Source: Actinomycetota bacterium
Lineage (GTDB): Bacteria; Actinomycetota; Thermoleophilia; Gaiellales; Gaiellaceae
Reading direction: 5' to 3'
Assembly: GCA_013696805.1 (NCBI GenBank)
Contig: JACCXX010000087.1
Location: 1 to 40,927, forward strand
DNA: 40,927 nt
The notes under the pieces were generated by a model that worked only from the letters and a program-made list of their open reading frames with translations, was not told where the DNA came from and made no database searches. Each line of letters begins with the position of its first letter. Within the stretch, counting starts at the first letter, position 1. Both the position numbers and the translations under genes were made by a program. This document shows positions 1-8,027 of the stretch, piece by piece.

Positions 1-1
1 A

Positions 2-88
2 CCTCGGCCGAGCCTCGAGTTCTACCGCCACGGTGACGAGATCGACGTACTCCTACCCGTCGCCGACTCGCTAGCGGCGACGGGTTAG
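2..88 (+). CDS. 3' end of an upstream CDS cut by the window edge (product unknown)
   Basis: Frame 2 is open from the window edge to TAG at 86-88 (...LEFYRHGDEIDVLLPVADSLAATG*). Third codon positions are GC-rich like neighbouring genes. Too short to identify. Confidence 0.3.
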   Translation, partial: PRPSLEFYRHGDEIDVLLPVADSLAATG

Positions 89-310
89 CTCACCGGCTAC
101 GGAATCTGCCGATGATCAGCCTTCGCGCGCTTCGGTGTCGTCGCCGTTGTCGTCGAAAGAGACAACGAGCGCGGGTACGAGACGGGTACATCAGCCAGAG
201 CACGCCCGACCACGCGCGGGCACTGCCGGCACACCACTAACGGCCGATTTGCAGGACAAACGCCCTCGCGAATGACCGCGCGTGCCCGCGCGTGACGCGC
301 TCAGACTTCC

Positions 311-380
311 ATGGTAAGGAGGGGGTCTCCGGTTCGAGTCCGGAAGAGGGCTTCCCGCAATAGGGGGTTTCCCCTCCTAC
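311..380 (+). other. tRNA-like T-arm hairpin inside a structured ORF-free region (identity unresolved)
   Basis: TCCGG-TTCGAGT-CCGGA at 328-344 is a textbook T-stem/T-loop (GGTTCGAGTCC). It is bracketed by complementary GGAGGGG (318-324) and CCCCTCC (371-377). I could not build a full cloverleaf, anticodon arm or CCA end. Confidence 0.3.
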
Positions 381-602
381 TGCTCTCCGCCGACCGCGGT
401 CTTGCGGTCCATTTGAGGTCCACGAGCGGCGAAGATCAGTGCCTCTGCCGGCTGTCGCGCTCACCCTCACCCCGCAGCTCCTCGGCGACGGATACGTAAC
501 GGCCAACGGCGCGCCTCACGCAGCCGTTCCGGCCCACTGAATCGCCGCACGATTTTCCCCTCACGCCGGTTTACTCGCCGGAAGCCGACGCTTAAGCTGT
601 AC

Positions 603-947
603 GTGATGGACGAGGCGACCAAGGCACGCCTGGCCAAAAACGAGGACTTCTTCCGTGAGGTCAACGCGAGGATCAACGAAACAGCAGAGTCCCACGGCCT
701 TGATTCCCCTTCATACGAGTTCTTCTGCGAATGCTCTGACGCAACGTGCGTCGAACGCGTCAACCTAACCCTCTCGGAGTACGAGCACGTACGGGCCGAG
801 CCAAAACGGTTCGTAGTGAAAAACAACCATGTCGTGAAAGAGATCGAACATGTGGTCGAGACCGTCCCGGACCACATGGTGATCGAGAAGCACGGAGAAG
901 CAGGCAGGATCGCCGTCGAACTTGAGGCCAAAAGCACCGAGGAGTAG
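603..947 (+). CDS. small conserved hypothetical protein (114 aa, acidic, FFCECSDATC motif)
   Basis: Clean ORF with GC3-rich codon usage and GTG/ATG starts at 603/606. No recognisable domain. Preceded by a ~510-nt ORF-free leader. Confidence 0.6.
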   Translation: MMDEATKARLAKNEDFFREVNARINETAESHGLDSPSYEFFCECSDATCVERVNLTLSEYEHVRAEPKRFVVKNNHVVKEIEHVVETVPDHMVIEKHGEAGRIAVELEAKSTEE

Positions 948-1079
948 CGTCTCCGCGAGAAGACGAGGAAGCCATCGGGGCTACCTTCTGTTCGAGGCCG
1001 ACGATCGAGGTACGCCCGACCGTGGAGTCACTAGCCGGGCCGGAGGAATCTCGCGCTGCCGCCCGGCGTTGAGCTCTGT

Positions 1080-2075
1080 ATGGCCGGGCCCGCACGCTGG
1101 AAGCTCCTCTCCGCCCTCTGGACCCTCTACCTCGTCTGGGGCTCGACCTACTTCGCGATCAAGATCTCCGTGCGGACGCTGCCGGCGTTCCTTTCGGCCG
1201 GCACCCGCTTCCTGCTCGCGGGGGCGCTCCTCGCGCTGATCCTCGCCCTGACCGGCCGCAGCATCCGGGTCTCGCGCCGGGAGCTGATCTCGTCCGCCGC
1301 CCTCGGGATCTCGCTGCTCGGCCTCGGCGTCGGCGTCGTCACGCTCGCCGAGACGCGCATCGACTCGAGCACCGCCGCGATGATCGCCGGAACTGTGCCA
1401 CTTCAAGTCATCGCTCTCCGCACACTCGCCCGCGAGCGGGTCGCGCTCGCCACGCGCCTCAGTGTCTTCGTCGGCCTGGCCGGGCTCGCACTCATCGTCC
1501 TGCCGGGGGGCGGGGGCTCGGCGAGCGCTGTCGGGCTCGCGCTGGCGCTCGGCGCGAGCATTTCGTGGTCCCTCGGCTCATTCTTCGGGCTCCGGCTGCC
1601 GCTTCCACGTGACGGCTTCGTAGCGACGACGTGGGAGATGCTCGGCGCCGGGGCGTTCCTGGTCGTTCTCGGCCTGGCGGCCGGCGAGCTCGGCACCGTC
1701 GACCCGGCCGGGTTCAGCCTGGAGTCGATCGGAGCCTGGCTCTACCTCGCTGTCGTCGGCTCGCTAATCGGCTTCACCGCCTACGCGTGGCTGCTGCGGA
1801 ACGCCCCGATCTCGAAGGTCGTCACGCATCAGTACGTGAACCCGCTCGTCGCGATCCTCCTCGGCGCCGCGTTGCTCGATGAGCAGCTGACGATCGCCAC
1901 CGGGGCCGGCGCGGCGCTGATCGTCGGCTCGGTCTTCGTCGCGGTGCGAAACGAGGGCGCCAGGCCCTTGCCGCGCCGGAGCACTAGCCCTTCAGCCGCC
2001 GCCTTTCCCGCCAGGCCGCTAGCCGCTCGAGCAGACGCTCCGTCCGAGACGGATTGTCCGCGGCGGTGTGCCTAG
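1080..2075 (+). CDS. EamA/DMT-family transporter (10-TM drug/metabolite exporter type)
   Basis: N-terminal LWGSTYFAIK motif, two repeated 5-TM EamA-like halves and a hydrophobic profile throughout. The C-terminal tail overlaps the convergent gene by 92 nt. Confidence 0.85.
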   Translation: MAGPARWKLLSALWTLYLVWGSTYFAIKISVRTLPAFLSAGTRFLLAGALLALILALTGRSIRVSRRELISSAALGISLLGLGVGVVTLAETRIDSSTAAMIAGTVPLQVIALRTLARERVALATRLSVFVGLAGLALIVLPGGGGSASAVGLALALGASISWSLGSFFGLRLPLPRDGFVATTWEMLGAGAFLVVLGLAAGELGTVDPAGFSLESIGAWLYLAVVGSLIGFTAYAWLLRNAPISKVVTHQYVNPLVAILLGAALLDEQLTIATGAGAALIVGSVFVAVRNEGARPLPRRSTSPSAAAFPARPLAARADAPSETDCPRRCA

Positions 2076-2865
2076 CGATCGCGCGGCGGTACGGGCCGCC
2101 GACTCGGCGGGCATAGGCGCCGAAGCCCTCGTCGCGCACAGGCTGCCAGTCCTCGCGATACGGCACGACAACGTGAGCGGCCGACACCTCTTGGGCAGCA
2201 CCGAGAAACGCCAGGCCGACTCCGGACGACACCTCGAGGAGCGTACGGTCCTCGTCCGCGGCCATCTTGCGAAGGCCGGAGTAGAGCGCCGCCAACTCGT
2301 CGGCCGAGGGCAGCGAATCGGCGTGTGAGCGGAGCTCCGCGAGAGAGGCCCGCAACCCTTTGAGCTCGAGCGGGGGAATGTCGATCAGTCGTGCGGTTCC
2401 GCCCGACGTGCGCTCGAGCACACCGAGCAGCTCGTCGACCGACCCCGCATCGACGTCCTCCCTGATCACCCCCGCAGCCTTCAGCTCCTGCGTCAGGGCC
2501 TGTAGGTACACGCGCGAGCCCCAAGTGAGGTCCGAGACTCCCGCCAGCAGCCAGAGCGGCGAGAAGCCGAACGCCGCGATCGAGCCCAGCTCGACCACGT
2601 TGCCGGCCCCTTTGCGCTTGGCGATCTCGAGCGCCCCTGCCTCCGAATCTCCCACAGGAGAGCCCTCGACGCCTCCGACGAGCTCGATCGCCACTCGCAG
2701 GAGATTCTTCGCCGTCGCCTCGTACAGCCGCGAGCGGCGCACGAACCTGGGCAGGGCGAGCTGGAAGGTCTCGTGCAGCGCACCGCCGAGGCCGGCTGCG
2801 CCGACGCGGATCGTCCGCTCCGGGAGCGACGCGTAGAACCGCCAGCGCTTGCGCAACTTCGCCAC
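1984..2865 (-). CDS. conserved hypothetical protein (293 aa)
   Basis: Long ORF with coding-like composition. No motif I can name. Confidence 0.6.
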   Translation of the reverse strand: MAKLRKRWRFYASLPERTIRVGAAGLGGALHETFQLALPRFVRRSRLYEATAKNLLRVAIELVGGVEGSPVGDSEAGALEIAKRKGAGNVVELGSIAAFGFSPLWLLAGVSDLTWGSRVYLQALTQELKAAGVIREDVDAGSVDELLGVLERTSGGTARLIDIPPLELKGLRASLAELRSHADSLPSADELAALYSGLRKMAADEDRTLLEVSSGVGLAFLGAAQEVSAAHVVVPYREDWQPVRDEGFGAYARRVGGPYRRAIARHTAADNPSRTERLLERLAAWRERRRLKG

Positions 2866-2909
2866 AGCGCAATCGTGGCAGTTTCCTCGCCGTTGCTACG
2901 GTCGGCCAC

Positions 2910-3386
2910 ATGCAGAAGAAAATCACCACGTTCTTGACGTACGACGATCAAGCCGAAGAGGCAATCAACTTCTACGTCTCGGTCTTCGAAGACTCGCGGA
3001 TCCTCAGCACCAGCCGCTACGGGAAAGCCGGGCCGGGGGCGGAGGGAGCTTTCATGACCGGGACCTTTGAACTGGCCGGACAGGAGTTCATGGCGCTGAA
3101 CGGCGGTTCGTCCTTCACCTTCGGGCAGGGAATCTCGCTCTTCGTCGACTGCGAGACCCAAGAAGAAATCGACGAGTTGTGGGGGAAGCTCTCCGAGGGC
3201 GGCGAGCAAGGCCCATGCGGCTGGCTCACGGACAAGTTCGGCGTGTCGTGGCAAATCATCCCCCGTGCCCTGGGCGAGATGTTGAACGACGAGGACGCTG
3301 AGAAATCGCAGCGCGTCATGGAGGCGATGCTGCAGATGACGAAGATCGAAATCGATGGCTTGCGGCGGGCGTACGAGTCCGCCTGA
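2910..3386 (+). CDS. VOC-family protein (PhnB / 3-demethylubiquinone-9 3-methyltransferase-like domain)
   Basis: MQKKITTFLTYDDQAEEAINFYVSVF...GWLTDKFGVSWQI is the typical signature of this family. Confidence 0.85.
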   Translation: MQKKITTFLTYDDQAEEAINFYVSVFEDSRILSTSRYGKAGPGAEGAFMTGTFELAGQEFMALNGGSSFTFGQGISLFVDCETQEEIDELWGKLSEGGEQGPCGWLTDKFGVSWQIIPRALGEMLNDEDAEKSQRVMEAMLQMTKIEIDGLRRAYESA

Positions 3387-3413
3387 CCGACACTGGGGAA
3401 GAAGGAGGATCGG

Positions 3414-4007
3414 GTGGGAAGAATCGTTGTAACCGAGTTCGTTTCGCTGGACGGCGTCATGGAGGACCCGGGCGGAGCCGAGAACTTCGAGCATGGAGGT
3501 TGGGCCCTCGAGATCGACCGCGGAAACGAGGGTGACCAGTTCAAGCTCGACGAAGCCCTCTCCTCAGACGCGCTTCTGCTCGGGCGGGTGACCTACGAAG
3601 GCTTTGCCGAAGCCTGGCCGTCTCGCGACGGCGAGTTCGCCGACAAGTTCAACGCAATGCCCAAGTACGTCGTTTCCTCGACTTTGGAGGACCCCGACTG
3701 GAACAACTCCACCGTTTTGCAGGGTGACATCGCGGAGGAGGTCGAGATTTTGAAACAGGAGCACGAGGGCGACATCGTCGTGCACGGCAGCGCCCGCCTC
3801 GTGCAAACGCTGGTCGACCGCGACCTGGTCGACGAGCTCCGTCTGATGGTGTTCCCGATCGTGCTGGGAAGCGGTAAGCGACTCTTCGGCGAGGCGAACG
3901 ACATGAAGCCTTTGCAGCTGGTGGATTCGAAGGTGGTCGGGGCCGGCGTGACCCTCCTCACCTACGAGCCGGCGGGGAGACCTGCGAAGGCGTCGGACTC
4001 CGACTGA
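3414..4007 (+). CDS. dihydrofolate reductase-family protein (RibD C-terminal domain, YwjB-like)
   Basis: RIVVTEFVSLDGVMEDPGG...VVSSTL...VHGSARLVQTL...LMVFPIVLGSGKRLF pattern. Confidence 0.85.
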   Translation: MGRIVVTEFVSLDGVMEDPGGAENFEHGGWALEIDRGNEGDQFKLDEALSSDALLLGRVTYEGFAEAWPSRDGEFADKFNAMPKYVVSSTLEDPDWNNSTVLQGDIAEEVEILKQEHEGDIVVHGSARLVQTLVDRDLVDELRLMVFPIVLGSGKRLFGEANDMKPLQLVDSKVVGAGVTLLTYEPAGRPAKASDSD

Positions 4008-4068
4008 GCGAACACGGTCGCGGCGCGGCCGAGCGCGGAACGGGCCCTCCGCCGTTAGGTTTCCTCGC

Positions 4069-4884
4069 GTGCGTGTCCACGTGATCAGCGACATGGAAGG
4101 TGTCGGTGGAATCGTCAAGCCTGAGCAGACGAACGCCGGCAAGCCCATGTTCGAGGAGGGGCGCAAGCTCTACACGCAGGAGATCAACGCAGCGGTGCGC
4201 GGAGCCAAGGCCGCGGGTGCGACGGAAATCGTCGTCATGGACTGCCACGGCGCGGGTGAGGGCTTCACGTTCAACTCACTCGTCGCGGAGGACCTCGACC
4301 CCGCCTGCGAGTTCGTCGTCCAGGAGGAATGGGCGGGGTACACGGAATTTCTCGAGCAGGGCTGTGACGCGGCGCTGTTCGTCGGCATGCACGCGATGGC
4401 CGGTACCCGCGACGGCGTCCTCAACCACACCGTCTCGGGAGTCGACTGGCACAACCTCTGGTTTAACGGGACGCTCGTTGGTGAGACCGGCATCAACGCG
4501 GCGCTGTGCGGGACGTGGGGCTGCCCGGTCGTGCTCGTGACCGGCGACGACGCTGCCTGCAGAGAGGCGACCGAGCTGCTCGGCGCCGGCCTCACGACCG
4601 TCTGCGTCAAACAGGGCCTCGGTGGTCGCAGCGCGAGGATGCTGACGCCGGCTCGGGCTCGCGATTTGATCGAGGAGGGGGCGCGGAACGCCCTCTCCAA
4701 TTTGTCGGCCGTCGAGCCGTACGACCCCGGCAAGCCTTGCGAGGTCAAGGTCGAGTACAAGTCGACCGGGCCGCCGCAGAGGCTGCGCTTCCAGTTCGGC
4801 GTCGAGCTCCTCGACGACCGGACTATCGTCTCGCGCGCCGACGACTGGTGGACGGCGTGGAAGCAGTTCTTCTTCGCGGCCTAG
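4069..4884 (+). CDS. dppA: M55-family D-aminopeptidase (DppA-like)
   Basis: MRVHVISDMEGVGGIV...EIVVMDCHGAG...VGMHAMAGT is typical of peptidase M55. GTG start. Confidence 0.8.
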   Translation: MRVHVISDMEGVGGIVKPEQTNAGKPMFEEGRKLYTQEINAAVRGAKAAGATEIVVMDCHGAGEGFTFNSLVAEDLDPACEFVVQEEWAGYTEFLEQGCDAALFVGMHAMAGTRDGVLNHTVSGVDWHNLWFNGTLVGETGINAALCGTWGCPVVLVTGDDAACREATELLGAGLTTVCVKQGLGGRSARMLTPARARDLIEEGARNALSNLSAVEPYDPGKPCEVKVEYKSTGPPQRLRFQFGVELLDDRTIVSRADDWWTAWKQFFFAA

Positions 4885-5492
4885 CCGCCCGCCGCCGAAA
4901 AATGCTGGTAGTCCGGCGTGCCCTTCCAGCGGCCGCCCCACGACCAGCCGATCGCGGCGAAAGCCCGCACGAGCACGCCGCGACGTACGGCCATGCCGGG
5001 CCGCACGCGTGAACGGTTCACATAGGCACTGCCCGCAGGAGGCTGCACCCGGCCGTCCGCGAGGTACGGGTTCTCGACCGGGTTGACGTCGATCGCCCTG
5101 CCGTAAGCATGCGCCGACCAGCGCCGCGTTCCGCCGACGAGGCGACAGTTGAACGCCGAGGTGTTGTCCGCGGCCATGGAGCGGTCGTCGTCGGCGCCGT
5201 AGGCGTCGACGGGTCTCATACGCCGAATCGGGAAGCGCGCGGCGTACAGCTTGCGAAAGACCTCGATGATGTCCTGGACGCCGGTGGCATGCACGTCCAG
5301 GGACCCGGAATGCGCCTTTCCGTCAAAACCCCAGTGCGTGAGCCGCACACGCCTCAGCCGGGTGGGCGAGACCGGGCAACCGCTGCGCCACGAGTGCGGC
5401 AACTGGGCAGGTGTCAGGCGGGCGACCGAGTGCTCGAACGGCGGCACCGGCGCCGGTGCACTCACGAGCAAGGCGAGCAGGAAGAGCTTCAT
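4881..5492 (-). CDS. M15-family (VanY/D-Ala-D-Ala carboxypeptidase-like) zinc peptidase, secreted
   Basis: Signal peptide MKLFLLALLVSAPAP. SAHAYGRAIDVNP matches the SxHxxGxAxD LAS motif. A C-terminal DYQHF histidine is present. Confidence 0.8.
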   Translation of the reverse strand: MKLFLLALLVSAPAPVPPFEHSVARLTPAQLPHSWRSGCPVSPTRLRRVRLTHWGFDGKAHSGSLDVHATGVQDIIEVFRKLYAARFPIRRMRPVDAYGADDDRSMAADNTSAFNCRLVGGTRRWSAHAYGRAIDVNPVENPYLADGRVQPPAGSAYVNRSRVRPGMAVRRGVLVRAFAAIGWSWGGRWKGTPDYQHFSAAGG

Positions 5493-5520
5493 CGGTGATC
5501 GAGCGTAGTCTGCAGAGCCG

Positions 5521-6210
5521 ATGAGGAAGGCACTTCTGTTCTCGATCTTCGCCGCGCTCTGGGCGCCGCCTGCGACGGCTGCCTGCCCACCGACGATTGC
5601 GAACCAGATTTCAGCCGCGGCCGATAGGACTCAGCTCGTCACAGTCGTCGTGCCTCGACGCACCTCGACTCGGGCCCAGCTCCGTCTCTGGAGGAAGGCC
5701 GGGGAGTGCTGGGTTCCGCTTGCGGATCCCTGGGCAGCCTGGGTCGGCGGGCGCGGTGTCTCCCTGAGCAAGCGCGAAGGTGACCGGCGCACGCCTGGCG
5801 GCGCTTTCGGGTTCGAACGCACCATGTACGGGGTGGCGCCGAATCCGGGCGTGCGCTACCGCTACCACCGTGTCGTCTGCGGCGACTGGTGGGTAGAAGA
5901 TTCCCGCTCGCCGTTCTACAACCGGTTCCGCCACGTCCGCTGTGGGTCGAGCCCGCCGTTCAGGACGATGAGTGAGGACTTGTCGAAGAGTCCAACGGCC
6001 TACCGGCACTTCGCGGTGATCGACTACAACACCGAGCCGACCGTTCCGGGCCGAGGCTCGGGGATCTTCCTCCACGTGAGCACGGGCCGCCCCACGCTGG
6101 GCTGCGTCAGCCTCCCCTTGCCCCAGCTCCTCCGGCTCCTCCGCTGGCTGCGGCCGGCGAGCCTGCCGATGATCGCGATCGGCACACGCTCCGATCTGCT
6201 GGCGCTCTAG
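5521..6210 (+). CDS. L,D-transpeptidase (YkuD domain), secreted
   Basis: Signal peptide, then GSGIFLHVSTGRPTLGCVSL, the YkuD catalytic His...Cys motif. Confidence 0.85.
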   Translation: MRKALLFSIFAALWAPPATAACPPTIANQISAAADRTQLVTVVVPRRTSTRAQLRLWRKAGECWVPLADPWAAWVGGRGVSLSKREGDRRTPGGAFGFERTMYGVAPNPGVRYRYHRVVCGDWWVEDSRSPFYNRFRHVRCGSSPPFRTMSEDLSKSPTAYRHFAVIDYNTEPTVPGRGSGIFLHVSTGRPTLGCVSLPLPQLLRLLRWLRPASLPMIAIGTRSDLLAL

Positions 6211-6590
6211 GTCGTACTACAGGGTCCGCCTGCCGACAGCCACGGCCGCCGGAGCCGGGCTCAGCCGGCGGAGGCTAACAAAAGGAGAGGGAACGTTCGA
6301 GCCCCGCCATCAACAAAAACCCAACGAAGCGAGGCCCGCCCGCAAGAAGGGGGCTCACGGGGGAACCAGGGATTTCCACCTGCCCTGAGAGCTCTAGGTC
6401 GTGCTTCGGGGTCCGCCTGCCGAGAGCGACGACCACTAGCCGCCGGAGCCGGGCTCAGCCCGGCGGGAGGCTCACAAAAGGAGAGGGGAACGTTCGAGCC
6501 CCGCCAACAACCGCCGGCTCCTGAAACCCAATGAAGCGAGCCGCCGCCCGCAAGGAGGGGGCTCACGGGGGAACCAGGGGTTCCCCGTGC
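6204..6590. repeat. two diverged tandem copies (~187-nt period) of a GC-rich hairpin-rich non-coding element
   Basis: gctctaggtcgt occurs at 6204 and again at 6391. The units share long collinear blocks (gggtccgcctgccga, gccgccggagccgggctcagcc, acaaaaggagagggg-aacgttcgagccccgcc, cccgcaag-agggggctcacgggggaaccaggg). Indels between the units break all reading frames. Confidence 0.8.
6567..6586 (-). terminator. hairpin just 3' of the ABC importer operon (part of repeat unit 2)
   Basis: GGGGAAC (6568-6574) pairs with GTTCCCC (6580-6586). It lies 14 nt downstream of the minus-strand stop at 6600. No U-tract. Confidence 0.35.
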
Positions 6591-6599
6591 GTTCCCGTG

Positions 6600-7289
6600 C
6601 TACACGAGGCGCCGCTCGAGATACCGAGCGAGCATCGTGAGCGGGAACGAGATGATGAAGAAGACGACGAGGACCCCCGCGAAGATCTCGAACGCATGCG
6701 GATTGCCGGTCTGCGTCGTCAGGTTCTCGACCTGACGCTGCCCGGCCTGGAGGAACTCGTTGACGCCGATCACGAAGGCGATCGTCGTGTTCTGGATGAT
6801 GTTCACCAGGAGCCCAACGAAGGGCGGCAGCAACCGGCGGAGGGCTTGCGGCACGATCACGAACGCGTGACGGCCGAGCCAGCCGAACCCGAGCGCCGCG
6901 GCGGCTTCGTGCTGCTCCTTCGGAATCGACTGCACCGCGCCTCGCGTGGCCTCCGCGACCTGGGCGCTTCCCCAGAGCGACAGCCCGACCGCGGCCGCGG
7001 TGTACGCGTCAAGCTGAATTGTCTGCCCGAGGACGTGGAGCGCCGGCAGCCAGTAGATGAACAGGATCGTGACGATGATCGGCAGGCCGCGCCAGACCTC
7101 GATGTAGAACCGGAGCAACGCCTGCAGCGGCCGGAAGTGGATGGTCAGGAACGTTCCGAGCAAGATGCCGATGAGCGCGCTCACGGTTACGGCGACCGCG
7201 GCCAGCTTCAGCGTCTCAGGCAGACCTTCCCGGAGCATGTACACCGCGACGGGGCGGACCCATTCGGGCAACTCGTAGGCCAGCGGCAC
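6600..7289 (-). CDS. amino-acid ABC transporter permease (His/Glu/Gln/Arg/opine family)
   Basis: Multi-TM protein with an EAA-like loop (AAAALGFGWLGRHAFVIVPQALRRLLPP). Confidence 0.9.
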   Translation of the reverse strand: MPLAYELPEWVRPVAVYMLREGLPETLKLAAVAVTVSALIGILLGTFLTIHFRPLQALLRFYIEVWRGLPIIVTILFIYWLPALHVLGQTIQLDAYTAAAVGLSLWGSAQVAEATRGAVQSIPKEQHEAAAALGFGWLGRHAFVIVPQALRRLLPPFVGLLVNIIQNTTIAFVIGVNEFLQAGQRQVENLTTQTGNPHAFEIFAGVLVVFFIISFPLTMLARYLERRLV

Positions 7290-8006
7290 CTAGAGAGCCT
7301 CCGGGAGGCGCAACCTTGCCTCGAGCAGTCGGATGAGCGCCGACAGCATCCAGACGATCGCGAGATAGGCGACGGCCAGCACCGCGAACATCTCGAAGGT
7401 ACGGAAGGTGTTCGCCTGGATGCTGTAGGCGACGGCCGTCAGCTCCGCATAGCCGACGACGAGCATCAGCGACGTGTTCTTCAGTACCGAGATGTAGGTG
7501 TTGATCGACGACGGCAGGGCGATCCGACCGCCGACCGGCAGCGTGACGTTCAAGAACGTCTTGAACGGGCTGAAGCCGAGTGCGAGGCCGGCTTCGCGCA
7601 GGCGCTGCGGCACCGCCTCGAATCCCGCACGGAAGTTCTCGGTGTTGAACGCGCCGCCCCAGATCATCACCGCCACCCAGGCGACCGTGAACGGCTCGAG
7701 CGAAACCCCGACCCGCGGCAGGAAGTAGAAGATGAAGAAGATCTGGACGAGGATCGGCGTGTTGCGGATGATCTCCACGTAGGTCGCGGCGAGCTGGCTC
7801 GCCACCGGAATCCGGTGGGCCCGAATCGCGCCGAGCACGAGCCCGATCACGAAAGCGCCGCCGATTCCGATCGCGGACGCCTTCATCGTGTTCTTGAAGC
7901 CCTCCCAGAGCTCCTCACGGTTCTCCCAGATGAAGGACCACTCGAAGGAGGCGAGGATGTCCACGACGCTATGAAACAGGAGCGGCCGCGCTGGGCGCGG
8001 CCGCAC
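7290..8006 (-). CDS. amino-acid ABC transporter permease (second subunit)
   Basis: EAGLALGFSPFKTFLNVTLPVGGRIALPS EAA loop. Abuts the downstream permease gene with no gap. Confidence 0.9.
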   Translation of the reverse strand: MRPRPARPLLFHSVVDILASFEWSFIWENREELWEGFKNTMKASAIGIGGAFVIGLVLGAIRAHRIPVASQLAATYVEIIRNTPILVQIFFIFYFLPRVGVSLEPFTVAWVAVMIWGGAFNTENFRAGFEAVPQRLREAGLALGFSPFKTFLNVTLPVGGRIALPSSINTYISVLKNTSLMLVVGYAELTAVAYSIQANTFRTFEMFAVLAVAYLAIVWMLSALIRLLEARLRLPEAL

Positions 8007-8027
8007 CGTTTCCGTTCGCCGCGAGCG

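Noticed and set aside
262-352. Possible tRNA, tRNA-Sec or tmRNA 3' domain around the GGTTCGAGTCC motif
   Set aside because: A 6/7-bp acceptor and a 6-bp/4-nt-loop stem (Sec-like D-arm) can be drawn. However, no anticodon stem-loop forms (no CU-UCA-A loop). The 3' end is TTCC rather than a discriminator plus CCA, and there is no G3:U70 or Ala-type acceptor for tmRNA. No plausible ...LAA tag ORF lies upstream either. Kept only as an unresolved tRNA-like element.
89-6210. Integrated mobile element anchored at the tRNA-like fragment
   Set aside because: No integrase, transposase, direct-repeat partner or compositional break was seen. The genes that follow are ordinary metabolic and envelope genes with the same GC and codon style as the rest of the window.
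6204-6590. Tandem glycine riboswitch or CRISPR interpretation of the tandem repeat
   Set aside because: Short matches to glycine-aptamer words (GGAGAG, CTCAG...AAAAGGA, CGCAAGAAGGGGGC) are in the wrong order and spacing. No gene lies downstream in either orientation. It is not CRISPR: there are only two ~187-nt units, which are contiguous, with no spacers and no cas genes.
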